From contig CAZGCT010000005.1 in assembly GCA_964524325.1 (NCBI GenBank), positions 61,592-125,591 of the forward strand: a stretch of DNA of 64,000 nt, read 5' to 3'. Positions 1-10,225 of this stretch are shown here, in pieces. The stretch is from an uncultured Hyphomicrobiales bacterium. GTDB lineage: Bacteria > Bacteroidota > Ignavibacteria > Kapaibacteriales > UBA2268. Both the position numbers and the translations under genes were made by a program. The notes below the pieces were generated by a model. The model was not told where the DNA came from, searched no databases, and saw nothing but the letters and a program-made list of their open reading frames with translations. Each line of letters begins with the position of its first letter. The first letter of the stretch is position 1.

Positions 1-141
1 CACCTTTTAGGTGTACAATAAAACCACCTATTTGCTCATCAATCTTTATTTTTGACATAGAAATACAAAAATTAAAAACTCAAAACTAAATAAAAATTTT
101 TACATAAATGTTAAGCATTATTTGATTTATTTAGCAAAAGC

Positions 142-858
142 TTAATTTTTGCTTGTTCCCCCACCCCCAATTAAAAGCCTTAAATAAACACCATTAACTC
201 CCGTTTCTGGACCACCCGAAACTTTGTTTTCGTCCATAGTCCAATTGCCAGCAAATGGGGTATAAATTATTCCAGCACGAATTCCAACCAGAACACCACC
301 GCGAGTGCTTTCGTTTTTGTCGAAAGAGATTAAGTAATCGGCACCTATGGCAAAATTTAGGACAAAAGATCCAATAGACAGCTCAACATGCCCCTTTAAG
401 CTATCGATAACTTGATCGAAGGTTGGAATAGTTCTTTCAGTTATGCTAAGACTTAAGCCCCCGCCACCAAATCCTAAGATAGGGTAAACCATAAGCCCAT
501 GTTTTTCGTAGAAAATATAGCCTAAGTTAGCGATACCATAACCACTGCTAAGATTAAGCATCCTTTTGTCGGTAGTAATTTCCTTTCCAACTAAACCATG
601 ACCTTCGCCACCGATGATAAAATTAGAAATGATAGCGTGCCCTCCACCACCAAACGAAGTAAAAGAATTGCTAAATTTTGGGTAATTTTTGTTTTCGAGG
701 GAAGAATTAATCTTGCTAATTGATAAGATAGAAACACCGGGCATAAAAAAGCCAACACCCCCAGAAATTTTAGTAACCTTTTGCGAAAAAATCGGGGTAG
801 CAAATAAGCAAAAAACAAAAAACGCAAAAGAAAAAGTTTTCTTGTGAATAAAAATCAT
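142..858 (-). CDS. Exported hypothetical protein, probable outer-membrane beta-barrel
   Basis: N-terminal signal peptide ending ...PIFS-Q; Gly-rich alternating hydrophobic strands (SFGGGGHAII, GYGIANLGY, GVLVGIRAGIIY). Confidence 0.6.
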   Translation of the reverse strand: MIFIHKKTFSFAFFVFCLFATPIFSQKVTKISGGVGFFMPGVSILSISKINSSLENKNYPKFSNSFTSFGGGGHAIISNFIIGGEGHGLVGKEITTDKRMLNLSSGYGIANLGYIFYEKHGLMVYPILGFGGGGLSLSITERTIPTFDQVIDSLKGHVELSIGSFVLNFAIGADYLISFDKNESTRGGVLVGIRAGIIYTPFAGNWTMDENKVSGGPETGVNGVYLRLLIGGGGTSKN

Positions 859-900
859 AAATCACCTATTTAAGTAAATAAAACATAGAATAGATAGATA

Positions 901-1707
901 TCAACCCCTTTTTTTGCAAAGAAATACGAAATATAGTCCAACCAAAATAAAGGGAATGCTCAAAATTTGTCCCATACTTAAAGGCAAGAATTGTTCAAAG
1001 TCGGCCTGTGGTGCTTTTGTGAATTCAATAAAGAAGCGAGCAATAAAAATCAATAAGAAGAGTAACCCAAAAGGTTTGCTTTGTGCTTGGAAAATATTTT
1101 TTTTGTAAAAAATCAAAAGTAAAGCAAAGATGAAAAGATATGCAATTGCTTCGTAAAGCTGTGATGGATGAACAGGTGGAGTAATCCCCACGACTTGTCT
1201 ACCTTGGTAGACATTAAAGATAACTGCCCAAGGTACATCCGTTGGTTTACCAATAATTTCGTGATTGAAAAAATTACCAATGCGAATAAAGGAAGCAACA
1301 AGAGGGGTTGGGATAGCAAGTCTATTAAAAAGCCACATAAGATTGACATTCTTATGTTTTCGGGAGAATATCCAAATAGCAAGGAGTACCCCAATTGCTC
1401 CACCATGGCTTGCAAGCCCACCGTGCCAGACCATTAAAATTTCTATAGGGTTACGGAGATAATAATCTGGCTCGTAAAAGAAACAATGGCCAAGCCGAGC
1501 ACCGATTATTGTCCCAAGAATAATGTAAAAGATAAGGCTATCGAGCTCCTTCAATGGTTTGTTTTCCTTTTTGAAGATATAAACCATTATCTGATAGCCG
1601 ACAATAAAACCTAAAGCAAAAAGGACTCCGTACCAGCGAATAGCAAAGTCTCCGATTTTAAGAATTTCGGGGCTACCAGTCCAATGGAAAAATGAATTTG
1701 GGTCCAT
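901..1707 (-). CDS. lgt: Prolipoprotein diacylglyceryl transferase
   Basis: IRWYG, IIGARLGH, GGLASHGG, RIGNFFNHE, HPSQLYE and RFFIEF motifs. Confidence 0.97.
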   Translation of the reverse strand: MDPNSFFHWTGSPEILKIGDFAIRWYGVLFALGFIVGYQIMVYIFKKENKPLKELDSLIFYIILGTIIGARLGHCFFYEPDYYLRNPIEILMVWHGGLASHGGAIGVLLAIWIFSRKHKNVNLMWLFNRLAIPTPLVASFIRIGNFFNHEIIGKPTDVPWAVIFNVYQGRQVVGITPPVHPSQLYEAIAYLFIFALLLIFYKKNIFQAQSKPFGLLFLLIFIARFFIEFTKAPQADFEQFLPLSMGQILSIPFILVGLYFVFLCKKRG

Positions 1708-1716
1708 AGAAGTTGA

Positions 1717-2604
1717 TCAGTTATTGTTACATTTTGGAGTCTCGTCTATGACGTTTGCAGCCCAAAGAAGTTTTTTCCTAAGAAGGTCGTAGTAAGTGCT
1801 ATTGTTAGGTTTAATTAATTTGACAACGTGTTCAGATTTTCTAATTTTGATAGAATCATAATTTTTAATTAACACAGTGGTTCGACCGTCGGCGACGAAA
1901 TTAGCTTCGCCGGTTGGCGAATAAGACTTTAGTTCTATTTCGTTTGTATCGGGGAGAACAAGCGGCCTGTAAGTTAGGGAATGTGGAGCAATCGGTGTTA
2001 GACAAATTACTTTGGTAGAGGGAGAAAGTATTGGTCCACCACAAGAGAGGGAATAAGCAGTGGACCCAGTAGGTGTGGTGACAATTAGGCCATCGCCACG
2101 ATAGTCTCCAATGTAGTGGTCGTTGGTGTATGCCATAACAGTAATCATTCGGGACGAACCACGTTTTTCAACGACAAAATCGTTTAGTGCGAAATATTTA
2201 TTTTGGGTTACCTCACCTTCGAGGACGCTTCTGTCAACTATGCGGAAGTTGCCTTCCACCAAGTCGATTAATGCTTTATCGAGGTCTTGGATTGAATATT
2301 CTGCAAGGAAGCCGAGTTTGCCGACATTAACTCCCATAATAGGTATATTAGATTTAAGCAAGAGGTTGGCAGCGGAAAGCATTGTTCCATCGCCGCCAAA
2401 CGAGATCAATACATCTATAAATCTTTCGAATTCATTTTCTTCGATTACATTGAATTTTACAGCAAGTTTGGGGTCTATTTTTTCAAGGAATTCTTTCTTT
2501 GCAAAACATTGAACATCCATCTTGATAAGTTTTTTGGCAGTATACTCTGCACAACTAATGGCTTCTGGCTTAGAGTAATTTTCGTAAATACCAATTTTTC
2601 TCAT
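1717..2604 (-). CDS. nadK: NAD kinase
   Basis: GGDGT, GVNVGKLGFL, NDFVV and DGLIVTTPTGSTAYSLSCGGP motifs. Start moved to ATG 2604 (MRKIG) because the ORF-track extension runs through the tRNA and its terminator. Confidence 0.95.
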   Translation of the reverse strand: MRKIGIYENYSKPEAISCAEYTAKKLIKMDVQCFAKKEFLEKIDPKLAVKFNVIEENEFERFIDVLISFGGDGTMLSAANLLLKSNIPIMGVNVGKLGFLAEYSIQDLDKALIDLVEGNFRIVDRSVLEGEVTQNKYFALNDFVVEKRGSSRMITVMAYTNDHYIGDYRGDGLIVTTPTGSTAYSLSCGGPILSPSTKVICLTPIAPHSLTYRPLVLPDTNEIELKSYSPTGEANFVADGRTTVLIKNYDSIKIRKSEHVVKLIKPNNSTYYDLLRKKLLWAANVIDETPKCNNN

Positions 2605-2643
2605 AAAATCCTCAAAATAGAAGTCAAAAATAAAGAAAAAAAA

Positions 2644-2683
2644 CAAAAAAAAAGCCTTGCCATCGGGGGGGTGATAGCAAGGC
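2644..2683 (-). terminator. Intrinsic terminator downstream of tRNA-Gly
   Basis: Minus strand GCCTTGCTATC-loop-GATGGCAAGGC followed by a long T run; the one mismatch is a G-U wobble only on the minus strand. Confidence 0.85.
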
Positions 2684-2723
2684 ATGCAGCATAACGAGGA
2701 AGTAGCGGCTGGGGAATCCGCCG

Positions 2724-2796
<73 letters not shown>

Positions 2797-2822
2797 TTTT
2801 CAAATAACTTTTTTCGGGGATA

Positions 2823-2854
2823 CAAAATTAAAAAAAAATTTTATAAAAACCAAA
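2823..2854 (-). promoter_or_regulatory. Bacteroidota-type primary-sigma promoter of tRNA-Gly
   Basis: Minus strand TTTG (2854-2851), 20-nt spacer, TAATTTTG (2830-2823); matches TTTG-N19-21-TAnnTTTG, ~27 nt before the tRNA. Confidence 0.6.
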
Positions 2855-2867
2855 TTTTCCCCAAATA

Positions 2868-3494
2868 TCAAAACTTTTTTTCAAATAACTCAATACATTT
2901 ATTCTTCACTAAATCAAAGGCAATTTCTATGCCAATTTCTTTAGTAATCGAGGTAACGCCTTTGTTTTGAATTCCGCAAGGCACAATGTAATTAAACTCC
3001 GTTAAATCGTTGCAAACATTAAGTGCAAAACCGTGTGAGGTTACCCACCGCGAGCAGTGCAAACCAATTGCGCAAATTTTACGTTTTTGTTCGATCCAAA
3101 CACCAGTTAGACCATCGATACGCTCACCCCTTAAATTGTAAAAAGCAAGAAGGTCTATTATTGTTTGTTCTATTTCGCGCAGAAACCAGTGCAAATCAGT
3201 TTTGTAGTCGTATAAGTTGAAAATTGGGTAGCCAACCAATTGTCCAGGATTGTGCAATGTAGCATCGCCGCCCCGGTCGTTGTAAATAACTTTTATTCCT
3301 TTCGATTCTAGGAATTCAACCGGGAGTAAAATGTTTTTGTCTGTTCCAGCTCTGCCAATTGTAATGACAGTCGGATGCTGGCAGACGACAAATACATTTT
3401 TGTTCCTTTTTTCAGAGATTTCGATTACCAATTGTTTTTGGCGCTCCCAAGCTTCTATGTAGTCAATTAATCCCCAATCTTGAACTTCTATCAT
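2868..3494 (-). CDS. lipB: Lipoyl(octanoyl) transferase
   Basis: CQHPTVITIG, DRGGDATLHNPGQLVGYPI, KICAIG, HGFALNV and IVPCGI motifs. Confidence 0.96.
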   Translation of the reverse strand: MIEVQDWGLIDYIEAWERQKQLVIEISEKRNKNVFVVCQHPTVITIGRAGTDKNILLPVEFLESKGIKVIYNDRGGDATLHNPGQLVGYPIFNLYDYKTDLHWFLREIEQTIIDLLAFYNLRGERIDGLTGVWIEQKRKICAIGLHCSRWVTSHGFALNVCNDLTEFNYIVPCGIQNKGVTSITKEIGIEIAFDLVKNKCIELFEKKF

Positions 3495-3696
3495 AAGTTA
3501 AAAATATTTAAAGTGCCAAATTAGAGACGACGATCTACCTGGTTTCATTTGCAAAAATGTTTAGGCTATATGCATAATTTAGGAAAGGAAGTATTTGGTG
3601 TTTTCGAATGCAATAAATAAAGAAATTTTTTGAAGAAAAATTGGATTCTGTTAACAAATAGGTTAATAGATAAGTTAATGAAAAGTGTGCAACAGT

Positions 3697-5355
3697 TTAA
3701 ATTTTGAATTCCTTTCTTAACCTTGCAATAGGAATTTTCATTTGCTCGCGATATTTAGCTACAGTCCGGCGAGCAACGTTGTAGCCACGCTTTTTAAGTT
3801 CCTCGACAATTTTTTCATCGCTGAAAGGATTGTCTTTTGGTTCGCTATCAATTATTTCCTTAATAATTTGTTTGATTACTTTTGTAGAAACTTCTTCACC
3901 ATTGTCAGTAGGCAAGGATTCGCTAAAGAAATATTTCAATTCAAAAGTACCATATTCAGTTTGGACGAACTTATTGTTTACAATTCTGCAGACTGTGGCA
4001 ACGTCGAGTCCGGTATCTTCTGCAATATCTTTATAAATCAAGGGTTTCAAGGCAGAATGTCCGTATTTGAAGAATTCTTTTTGTCTTGCAGCGATGGCCG
4101 TCATAACTTTGAGCATTGTGGTCCTTCGTTGGGCAAGAGCTTGCAGAAGGAATTTTGCGTCGTCGTATTTGGCTTTCAACCATTCGCGAGCTTCTTTGTC
4201 CTTTTTGTTCAAAGCAACGTCTTTACGCATTTGTTCGTAGACTTTATTGATTCGCAAAGCTGGAATTGTGCTTTCGTTCAAAGAGACCATTAGTTCGCCA
4301 GTGTCTGAATCTTTTTCAATAATAAAGTCCGGAATAACTGTATTCATTTCTGGTTGATAGTCATCAAGCCCTGGCTTTGGATTAAGCTTCTTAATAAAGT
4401 CAAAAGCAAGTTTAATGTCCTCGCTTTCCCACCCGAACTTTTTTTGAATACTTTGGAAGTGCTTTTTAGAAAATTCATCGTAGGCTTCAGTTAGAATTTT
4501 TAAAGCCTGCAATTTACCTGGAGTTTCATCCTGAAAAGCTCTTGTTTGAGCAATAAGGCATTCTTGCAAAGAGCGAGAAGCAACACCAGGTGGGTCGAGG
4601 CTTTGAATGATTTTCAGCACACGCTCAGCTATTTCGAGTGTTATAGGTGATAGATAAAAGTTTTGGTTTTCCGTTTCCTTTTGATTCAACACAATTTCCA
4701 CTAATGCTTTTGCCTCGGGATCTATAGCAAATTGTGCAGCAGGGTTATTGTTGTTGTAAGCACTAGAGACTATTTTGCTTTTTTGTGAATTAAGTTCCCA
4801 AATGAGTTGGTTTGTATCTTCGACAATTTCTTCCAAAGGTGTTCGCAGATAACCATCTGGGTCAACATTGCCTAGAATTTGTTCGCCAAGGAGTAGCTCT
4901 TCTTCTTTGAGAGGAAGCATGCGAAACTGCTGAATCATTTCTTGAACAAATGAAACGGGCTGTTTAATTGGGTAAGGTTCAAAATCTTCGTCTTCGTAGC
5001 CATCGAAGGAGGTTTTTTTTGTTAATACCTCGTCGTCTTGCCACATTTTTTTAAACAAATCGAATGGGTCGCGTACCTCGTCGATAACTGGTTCTGCAGG
5101 TTGGTATTCAATAAGATCTGTAGAGGTAGAATGGGTATCGGTAGTTGGGGTATCTAAATCATTGCTAATATCAATTGTTTCGTATTCAATTGGTTCATTG
5201 GAATCTATGGCTTCGAGCAGCGGATTTTCTTGGAGTTCCTCTTCGATTTTGTGCTCTAATTGCTGCAAGGGCATTTGCAAAAGTTTAAGATATTGAATTT
5301 GCTGAGGTGTTAATGTTTGGGTTACAGATAAAGTTGTTGTTAATGATGGCTTCAT
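3697..5355 (-). CDS. rpoN: RNA polymerase sigma-54 factor
   Basis: N-terminal Q/L-rich region (LTPQQIQYLKLLQMP...ENPLLE), DPPGVASRSLQECL, RpoN box ARRTVAKYRE. Confidence 0.97.
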   Translation of the reverse strand: MKPSLTTTLSVTQTLTPQQIQYLKLLQMPLQQLEHKIEEELQENPLLEAIDSNEPIEYETIDISNDLDTPTTDTHSTSTDLIEYQPAEPVIDEVRDPFDLFKKMWQDDEVLTKKTSFDGYEDEDFEPYPIKQPVSFVQEMIQQFRMLPLKEEELLLGEQILGNVDPDGYLRTPLEEIVEDTNQLIWELNSQKSKIVSSAYNNNNPAAQFAIDPEAKALVEIVLNQKETENQNFYLSPITLEIAERVLKIIQSLDPPGVASRSLQECLIAQTRAFQDETPGKLQALKILTEAYDEFSKKHFQSIQKKFGWESEDIKLAFDFIKKLNPKPGLDDYQPEMNTVIPDFIIEKDSDTGELMVSLNESTIPALRINKVYEQMRKDVALNKKDKEAREWLKAKYDDAKFLLQALAQRRTTMLKVMTAIAARQKEFFKYGHSALKPLIYKDIAEDTGLDVATVCRIVNNKFVQTEYGTFELKYFFSESLPTDNGEEVSTKVIKQIIKEIIDSEPKDNPFSDEKIVEELKKRGYNVARRTVAKYREQMKIPIARLRKEFKI

Positions 5356-5945
5356 TTTCTTACCCCCGAATTTGGGTCAAATTCAATGGTGGCATTGATT
5401 TCGTTTTCTAGCAAATTTTCGTACCACTTTTGACCAAATCTTCTAATCAATGCATCCTTCAAAGACACAAATAACGGAACATTTTCTTGGATACCTTTTT
5501 CGATAGCTTGTTCGCATTCTGGAATTTTTATATAAACAAGCTCAGAAAAGAAGAAAGAACGTTCGCGAAACGGGAATAGATGGCAAGAAATCGGCTTTCT
5601 AAAGGAAATTTTTCCTTCGTGATAAAGTTTTTCTATAGAACAACGAGCAATTCCGTTTTCAAAAAAGGCAAAAACGCATTCTCGTTTGTTAACAACATTT
5701 GTATAGTACTGACCATTCTTTTTAATCCACCAACCACTTTGGTTAATAACTTCCTTTGACTTTTGGGGAAGAAAGCCCCAAATGAACTTTAGCAAGGAGT
5801 TGATTTGCGAAATTTCGGTATGTTTCAACGGAGCGCCAAGTTCGCCTTCGATAAAGCAACAAGCACCTTTGCATCTTTCCAAATCACATTGAAAAGGTGA
5901 AAGCATGTCTTTTTTACTAAACAAAACTCCGTCAACTATTGGCAT
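5352..5945 (-). CDS. DUF3109 family Cys-rich protein
   Basis: FQCDLERCKGACCFIEGELGAPL, ECVF, CSIE and FRKPISCHLFP motifs; ATGA overlap with rpoN. Confidence 0.8.
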   Translation of the reverse strand: MPIVDGVLFSKKDMLSPFQCDLERCKGACCFIEGELGAPLKHTEISQINSLLKFIWGFLPQKSKEVINQSGWWIKKNGQYYTNVVNKRECVFAFFENGIARCSIEKLYHEGKISFRKPISCHLFPFRERSFFFSELVYIKIPECEQAIEKGIQENVPLFVSLKDALIRRFGQKWYENLLENEINATIEFDPNSGVRK

Positions 5946-6095
5946 CTTTCATATGTATGTATCAACATACAAATTTAAATAAAAAGAGTTTAATTTGGTA
6001 TAGTATTTGATGAAGGAAAGAAATTAGTATAAAGCAAAATGAAATAAAAAAACACAACCAAGTTAAAGCAAAAGAAAGTCTGAAAAGTAGAATGG

Positions 6096-6830
6096 TTAAA
6101 CTAAGGCGAACTTCAAATTGAAATATATACAATCATCCAACTTGCAAGAGCGATTTCGCAAAGAAAAAATACACTTTGCTTCGGAAATTGGTAGGTTAAT
6201 GTTGTAATTCGCTTTCAAAAATTCTACAGTTTCTTCTATAGAGATGTAAGAATCGCGTTTACAGCATCGAGGTGTACCATGCTGAGAAATTCTTTTCAAG
6301 CTATTTGCAACGACGGTGTTGTATTCGTCCCAAGATGATGGGTTCATAGGGTCGAGATTTTTCCAAATTATGAAAAATATAGAAATTCCAAGGGCAGCAC
6401 CACAAGTTCCTAAATGCCAAGAACAGGCAGGGAAAGCGTTTTGTGCAATTGATTCGGCAAGTTCAATTTTCTCTAAAAGACCTTCTTTGTTGCCCGTTAA
6501 ATTTGCCATTGCAGTTAGCAAAACTGCTGGCGTAATAAAGTGGTGCTCTGGACCATGCATTTTAATAGCTGGAGATGACATTATTTCTTTTGCCAAGTCG
6601 ATTGGGTCGATTTTATTCGATTTTAAGCAGATTGTTTTTACAATTTGCTTGGAGTCGAGGTGGGAACATTCCTCGCAAACAAAGTGGTTTTCTATACAAA
6701 CTTCAATGGCTGGAGAGGATTTTCCGCAAAAGGAGCATTGCATATCAACTTGTTTGGTTATGGGAAGAACATCGTTGCCACAAACTAAGCAAACATTTTC
6801 TTTTTCTATGTTCTGATTTTTATTTTCCAT
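6096..6830 (-). CDS. DUF5714-like Cys/His-rich metal-binding protein
   Basis: N-terminal CxxC...CxxC...C..HFVCxxC; MHGPEHH, GTCGAALG and PRCCKR motifs. Confidence 0.7.
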   Translation of the reverse strand: MENKNQNIEKENVCLVCGNDVLPITKQVDMQCSFCGKSSPAIEVCIENHFVCEECSHLDSKQIVKTICLKSNKIDPIDLAKEIMSSPAIKMHGPEHHFITPAVLLTAMANLTGNKEGLLEKIELAESIAQNAFPACSWHLGTCGAALGISIFFIIWKNLDPMNPSSWDEYNTVVANSLKRISQHGTPRCCKRDSYISIEETVEFLKANYNINLPISEAKCIFSLRNRSCKLDDCIYFNLKFALV

Positions 6831-6871
6831 TTTTACAAAATAAGGTATTTTACAAAACGCATTTTACAAAA
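6831..6871. repeat. Three copies of TTTTACAAAA directly upstream of the DUF5714-like start
   Basis: Exact 10-mers at 6831-6840, 6848-6857 and 6862-6871. Confidence 0.7.
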
Positions 6872-7150
6872 AAAGATTATAATATCCAACTAATGTGTCC
6901 ACCCTTGTAATTAAGGAGATGATTTCTGATGCTTTGAAAGTAAATTTAATTTAAAATACCACATGAAAGCTGAATGTTATTTTGTTTAAATGGGTTGATT
7001 TTGCAAAGTTTTTTACTTCAGATTTTGGTTATCAAAATGCAAATTAAACTTAATATGCTAAATTACATTAAAGGAATGGTCAACTTCAAAATATTTCTTA
7101 CAATTATTCGCTATCTTTTTTGTCTTAATCAAAGATAAATTGAAATAAAA

Positions 7151-9073
7151 GTGGAAATTAACTGGGAAAAGTATAGAAATTTAAAAGCAATTAATATTCC
7201 TTCGGACTTGAGGAAACTCAAACCAGAGATTTTGGAATATGTTTGCAACGAACTTCGGGATTACATAATTGAAGTAGTTACAAACGTGGGGGGGCATTTT
7301 GGTGCCAATCTTGGAGTGGTTGAACTTGCGGTTGCACTTCACTATGTTTTCGAAACGCCAAAAGACAAGATTGTTTGGGATACTGGACACCAAGGTTATC
7401 CACACAAAGTATTGACTGGGAGGAGAGATTTGCTTCCCACGATCCGCCACTTTGGTGGACTAAGTGGTTTTCTGAAAAGGACAGAAAGCGAATACGATGT
7501 ATTTGGTGCTGGGCATGCCAGCACAAGTATTTCAGCTGCTTTGGGGATTGCAACTGCTCGGGACTTGCTTGGAGAGAATTACAAAGTTATTGCAGTAATT
7601 GGAGATGGTGCATTAACCGGCGGGCTTGCTTTCGAAGCAATGAACAATTGCGGGTATCAAAAGCGAGACATTATAGTAATTTTTAATGATAATGGTATTT
7701 CAATAGACCCAAATGTTTCTGCAATATCATCGTATTTCAACGAATTGTTTTCGACAAGGACTGTAAGTAGATTGAGGGATAAGATTTGGGATGCAACAAA
7801 TATTATTCCGAGTATAGGAGATCGATTGAAAGAGTTTTTAAGTCGTTTAGAAGGTGGAATTAAATCTATTGTAACACCGGGAATGCTTTTCGAGGCTTTA
7901 GGGTTTAACTATTTCGGACCAATAAACGGCCACAACATTTACAAGTTAATTAAGATACTGAGGCAAATAAAGGAACTGAAAGGTCCCATATTGTTGCATG
8001 TTATGACTGAAAAGGGGAAAGGCTATCCACCTGCGGAGAAAGATTCAACAAAGCTTCATGCAATATCGCGGAAGGAGAAAAAACAACATGAGGCAATTGA
8101 GAAAATCGACCTCAAGCCGCAAGTTCCATCCTATTCGGATGTATTTGGTAATGCAGTTGCCGAGTTAATGGAGAAAGACAAAAGAATTGTCACAATTACT
8201 GCTGCAATGCTTAGTGGAACCGGTTTGTTACCAGTTTCGAAACGATTCCCGGAACGAGTCTTCGACGTGGGAATAGCCGAAGGGCATGCCGTAACGTATG
8301 CCTCGGGAATGGCAACCGAAGGCTTGTTGCCAATATGTGCAATATATTCTACTTTTTTACAAAGAGCGTTCGACCAAATTATTCATGATTGTGCTCTGCA
8401 AAAATTGCACGTAGTGTTTGCTCTCGATCGGGCTGGGCTTGTTGGCGAAGATGGCCCCACTCACCATGGTACTTTAGACATAGCTTATTTACGGCTTGTA
8501 CCTAATATGATAGTGACAGCACCCAAGAATGAGCAAGAATTGCGTAATCTTTTGTATTCTGCTTTATATAAATATCCTGGTCCAGTGTCGATACGATATC
8601 CGAGAGGCAAATCTTTGGGTGTTTCATGCTCTGGCTTTGAGGAAATTCCTTTGGGGAAATGGGAAGTTCTGTTCAATGGTAGGGAGGTAGCGATTCTTGC
8701 TGTAGGAAAGATGGTTGCCAATTCGATTTTAGCTCGAGAATTGTTGACCACCAAAGGTTTAAATCCTACAATAGTAAACGCAAGGTTTATTAAGCCTATC
8801 GATTCAGACTTGCTTCACGAAATCTTATCAACTCACGAATATATAATAACAATAGAGGAAGGGACTATTGTGGGTGGTTTTGGCTCTGCGGTTCAAGAGT
8901 TCATTTCTGCAAACGCATACAATAACCGTTTGCTTAATCTTGGTATTCCCGATAAATTTATTGAACATGGAACTCAAGATGAATTGCTTTCAATACTTAG
9001 TTTAGACCCAAGCGGAATTGCTCACAGTATTGGTAACTTTGTTGGAATAAAGACTGCGCATATTATAGTCTAA
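7151..9073 (+). CDS. dxs: 1-deoxy-D-xylulose-5-phosphate synthase
   Basis: GGHFGANLGVVEL, WDTGHQGYPHK, GHASTSIS, GDGALTGG, IAEGHAV and DGPTHHG motifs. Confidence 0.98.
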   Translation: MEINWEKYRNLKAINIPSDLRKLKPEILEYVCNELRDYIIEVVTNVGGHFGANLGVVELAVALHYVFETPKDKIVWDTGHQGYPHKVLTGRRDLLPTIRHFGGLSGFLKRTESEYDVFGAGHASTSISAALGIATARDLLGENYKVIAVIGDGALTGGLAFEAMNNCGYQKRDIIVIFNDNGISIDPNVSAISSYFNELFSTRTVSRLRDKIWDATNIIPSIGDRLKEFLSRLEGGIKSIVTPGMLFEALGFNYFGPINGHNIYKLIKILRQIKELKGPILLHVMTEKGKGYPPAEKDSTKLHAISRKEKKQHEAIEKIDLKPQVPSYSDVFGNAVAELMEKDKRIVTITAAMLSGTGLLPVSKRFPERVFDVGIAEGHAVTYASGMATEGLLPICAIYSTFLQRAFDQIIHDCALQKLHVVFALDRAGLVGEDGPTHHGTLDIAYLRLVPNMIVTAPKNEQELRNLLYSALYKYPGPVSIRYPRGKSLGVSCSGFEEIPLGKWEVLFNGREVAILAVGKMVANSILARELLTTKGLNPTIVNARFIKPIDSDLLHEILSTHEYIITIEEGTIVGGFGSAVQEFISANAYNNRLLNLGIPDKFIEHGTQDELLSILSLDPSGIAHSIGNFVGIKTAHIIV

Positions 9074-10061
9074 TCCAATCTTTTATAATTTTCTTTTTCG
9101 AAACATAACTTTAAGTTGTGATTCTATTGGTTTTTGGTTGTGAAACAATATTCAATAAATTATTACTCATATATGTGATTTTTATTTAATTAACAATAAA
9201 TTCACTTCAAAGCAAAAAGTAAAACCGCGGAGAATTGCGTTTTGCATAACTACCGAATTAGAAACAAACAAAATTTAGAAATAAGTTGAATAACTTTGTG
9301 TATAGGATAGAAATTCAATGGTTTGTCCTGGCAAAATGTTTGAAAAAGACAAAATAGAAACACATCGTTGTGTATTTTGTTAAAGCTCAATTTAAATTCA
9401 AGTAACAAACTAAGAATAGAAAAGAGAGTTTGGGTAACCTATTGAGGTAAATTGTTCTAATATTTTTTGATGCATCACACTTCAAAAGATCTTGGAAACC
9501 ATTCAGGCTTAAAATAAATCTACACATTAATGTTGCATAGTGTTTTTGAAATATAATTTGTATGGAAAAATTTCTTTTTTAGCATTTAATCTATTTCGTT
9601 TTATAAAAGCAATCTTGCAATAATGCTAGAACCAACCTAGTCAAGTATATGATTTTCGTAATAAATACGTATTATTTGTGATCGAAAGTATGAATAATAA
9701 GTTATTGAAGCTTCTGATTTAAATTATTCTGAATCAGCGGAAGTTTGAAAGTTTTCGTCAAGGTAATCTAGAAAAGCGAATTAATTTGCTTGTTAATTGA
9801 AATTGAGGTAAAGATATTAGGGGAAAATAGTAAAAGGAGTTTTGTAGTTAATGCTTAATATTTGGTCGCAAGAGACAATTGGAAATATAAGAATAGTAGA
9901 AAGCGATGCCATTTTTGTTTTTGCAGTGACTTTGAATACAGTTGCAACATTGTTGTTGGTAAGATAAATTAAGTTGGGGAATATCGTGATACTTACTTAA
10001 TGGAATTTTAATTAATAAAATATACAGATAAGGTCGTCAATCAGTTGTTTTAGAGGCTTTG

Positions 10062-10096
10062 AAAAAGTAAGAGGCGAGGAAGTTATTCCCTCTCTT
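10062..10096 (-). terminator. Possible intrinsic terminator for the ribBA-FKBP operon
   Basis: Imperfect minus-strand hairpin AAGAGAGGGAA-TAAC-TTCCTCGCCTCTT then ACTTTTT, ~130 nt past the FKBP stop. Confidence 0.3.
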
Positions 10097-10225
10097 CTTT
10101 ACGAAATCAGGACATTTTCAAAAAGTGTTATGAATTCAATTCTTAGAAGACCTGATTGTTAAAAAAACAAACAAAAACCTATACAAACCTGACAGAAGAG
10201 TTAGAAAACATAAGCCCCAAATGAA

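Noticed and set aside
10047-10066. GTTTTAGAG, resembling the start of a type II CRISPR repeat
   Set aside because: Single 9-nt match, no repeat-spacer periodicity and no cas genes.
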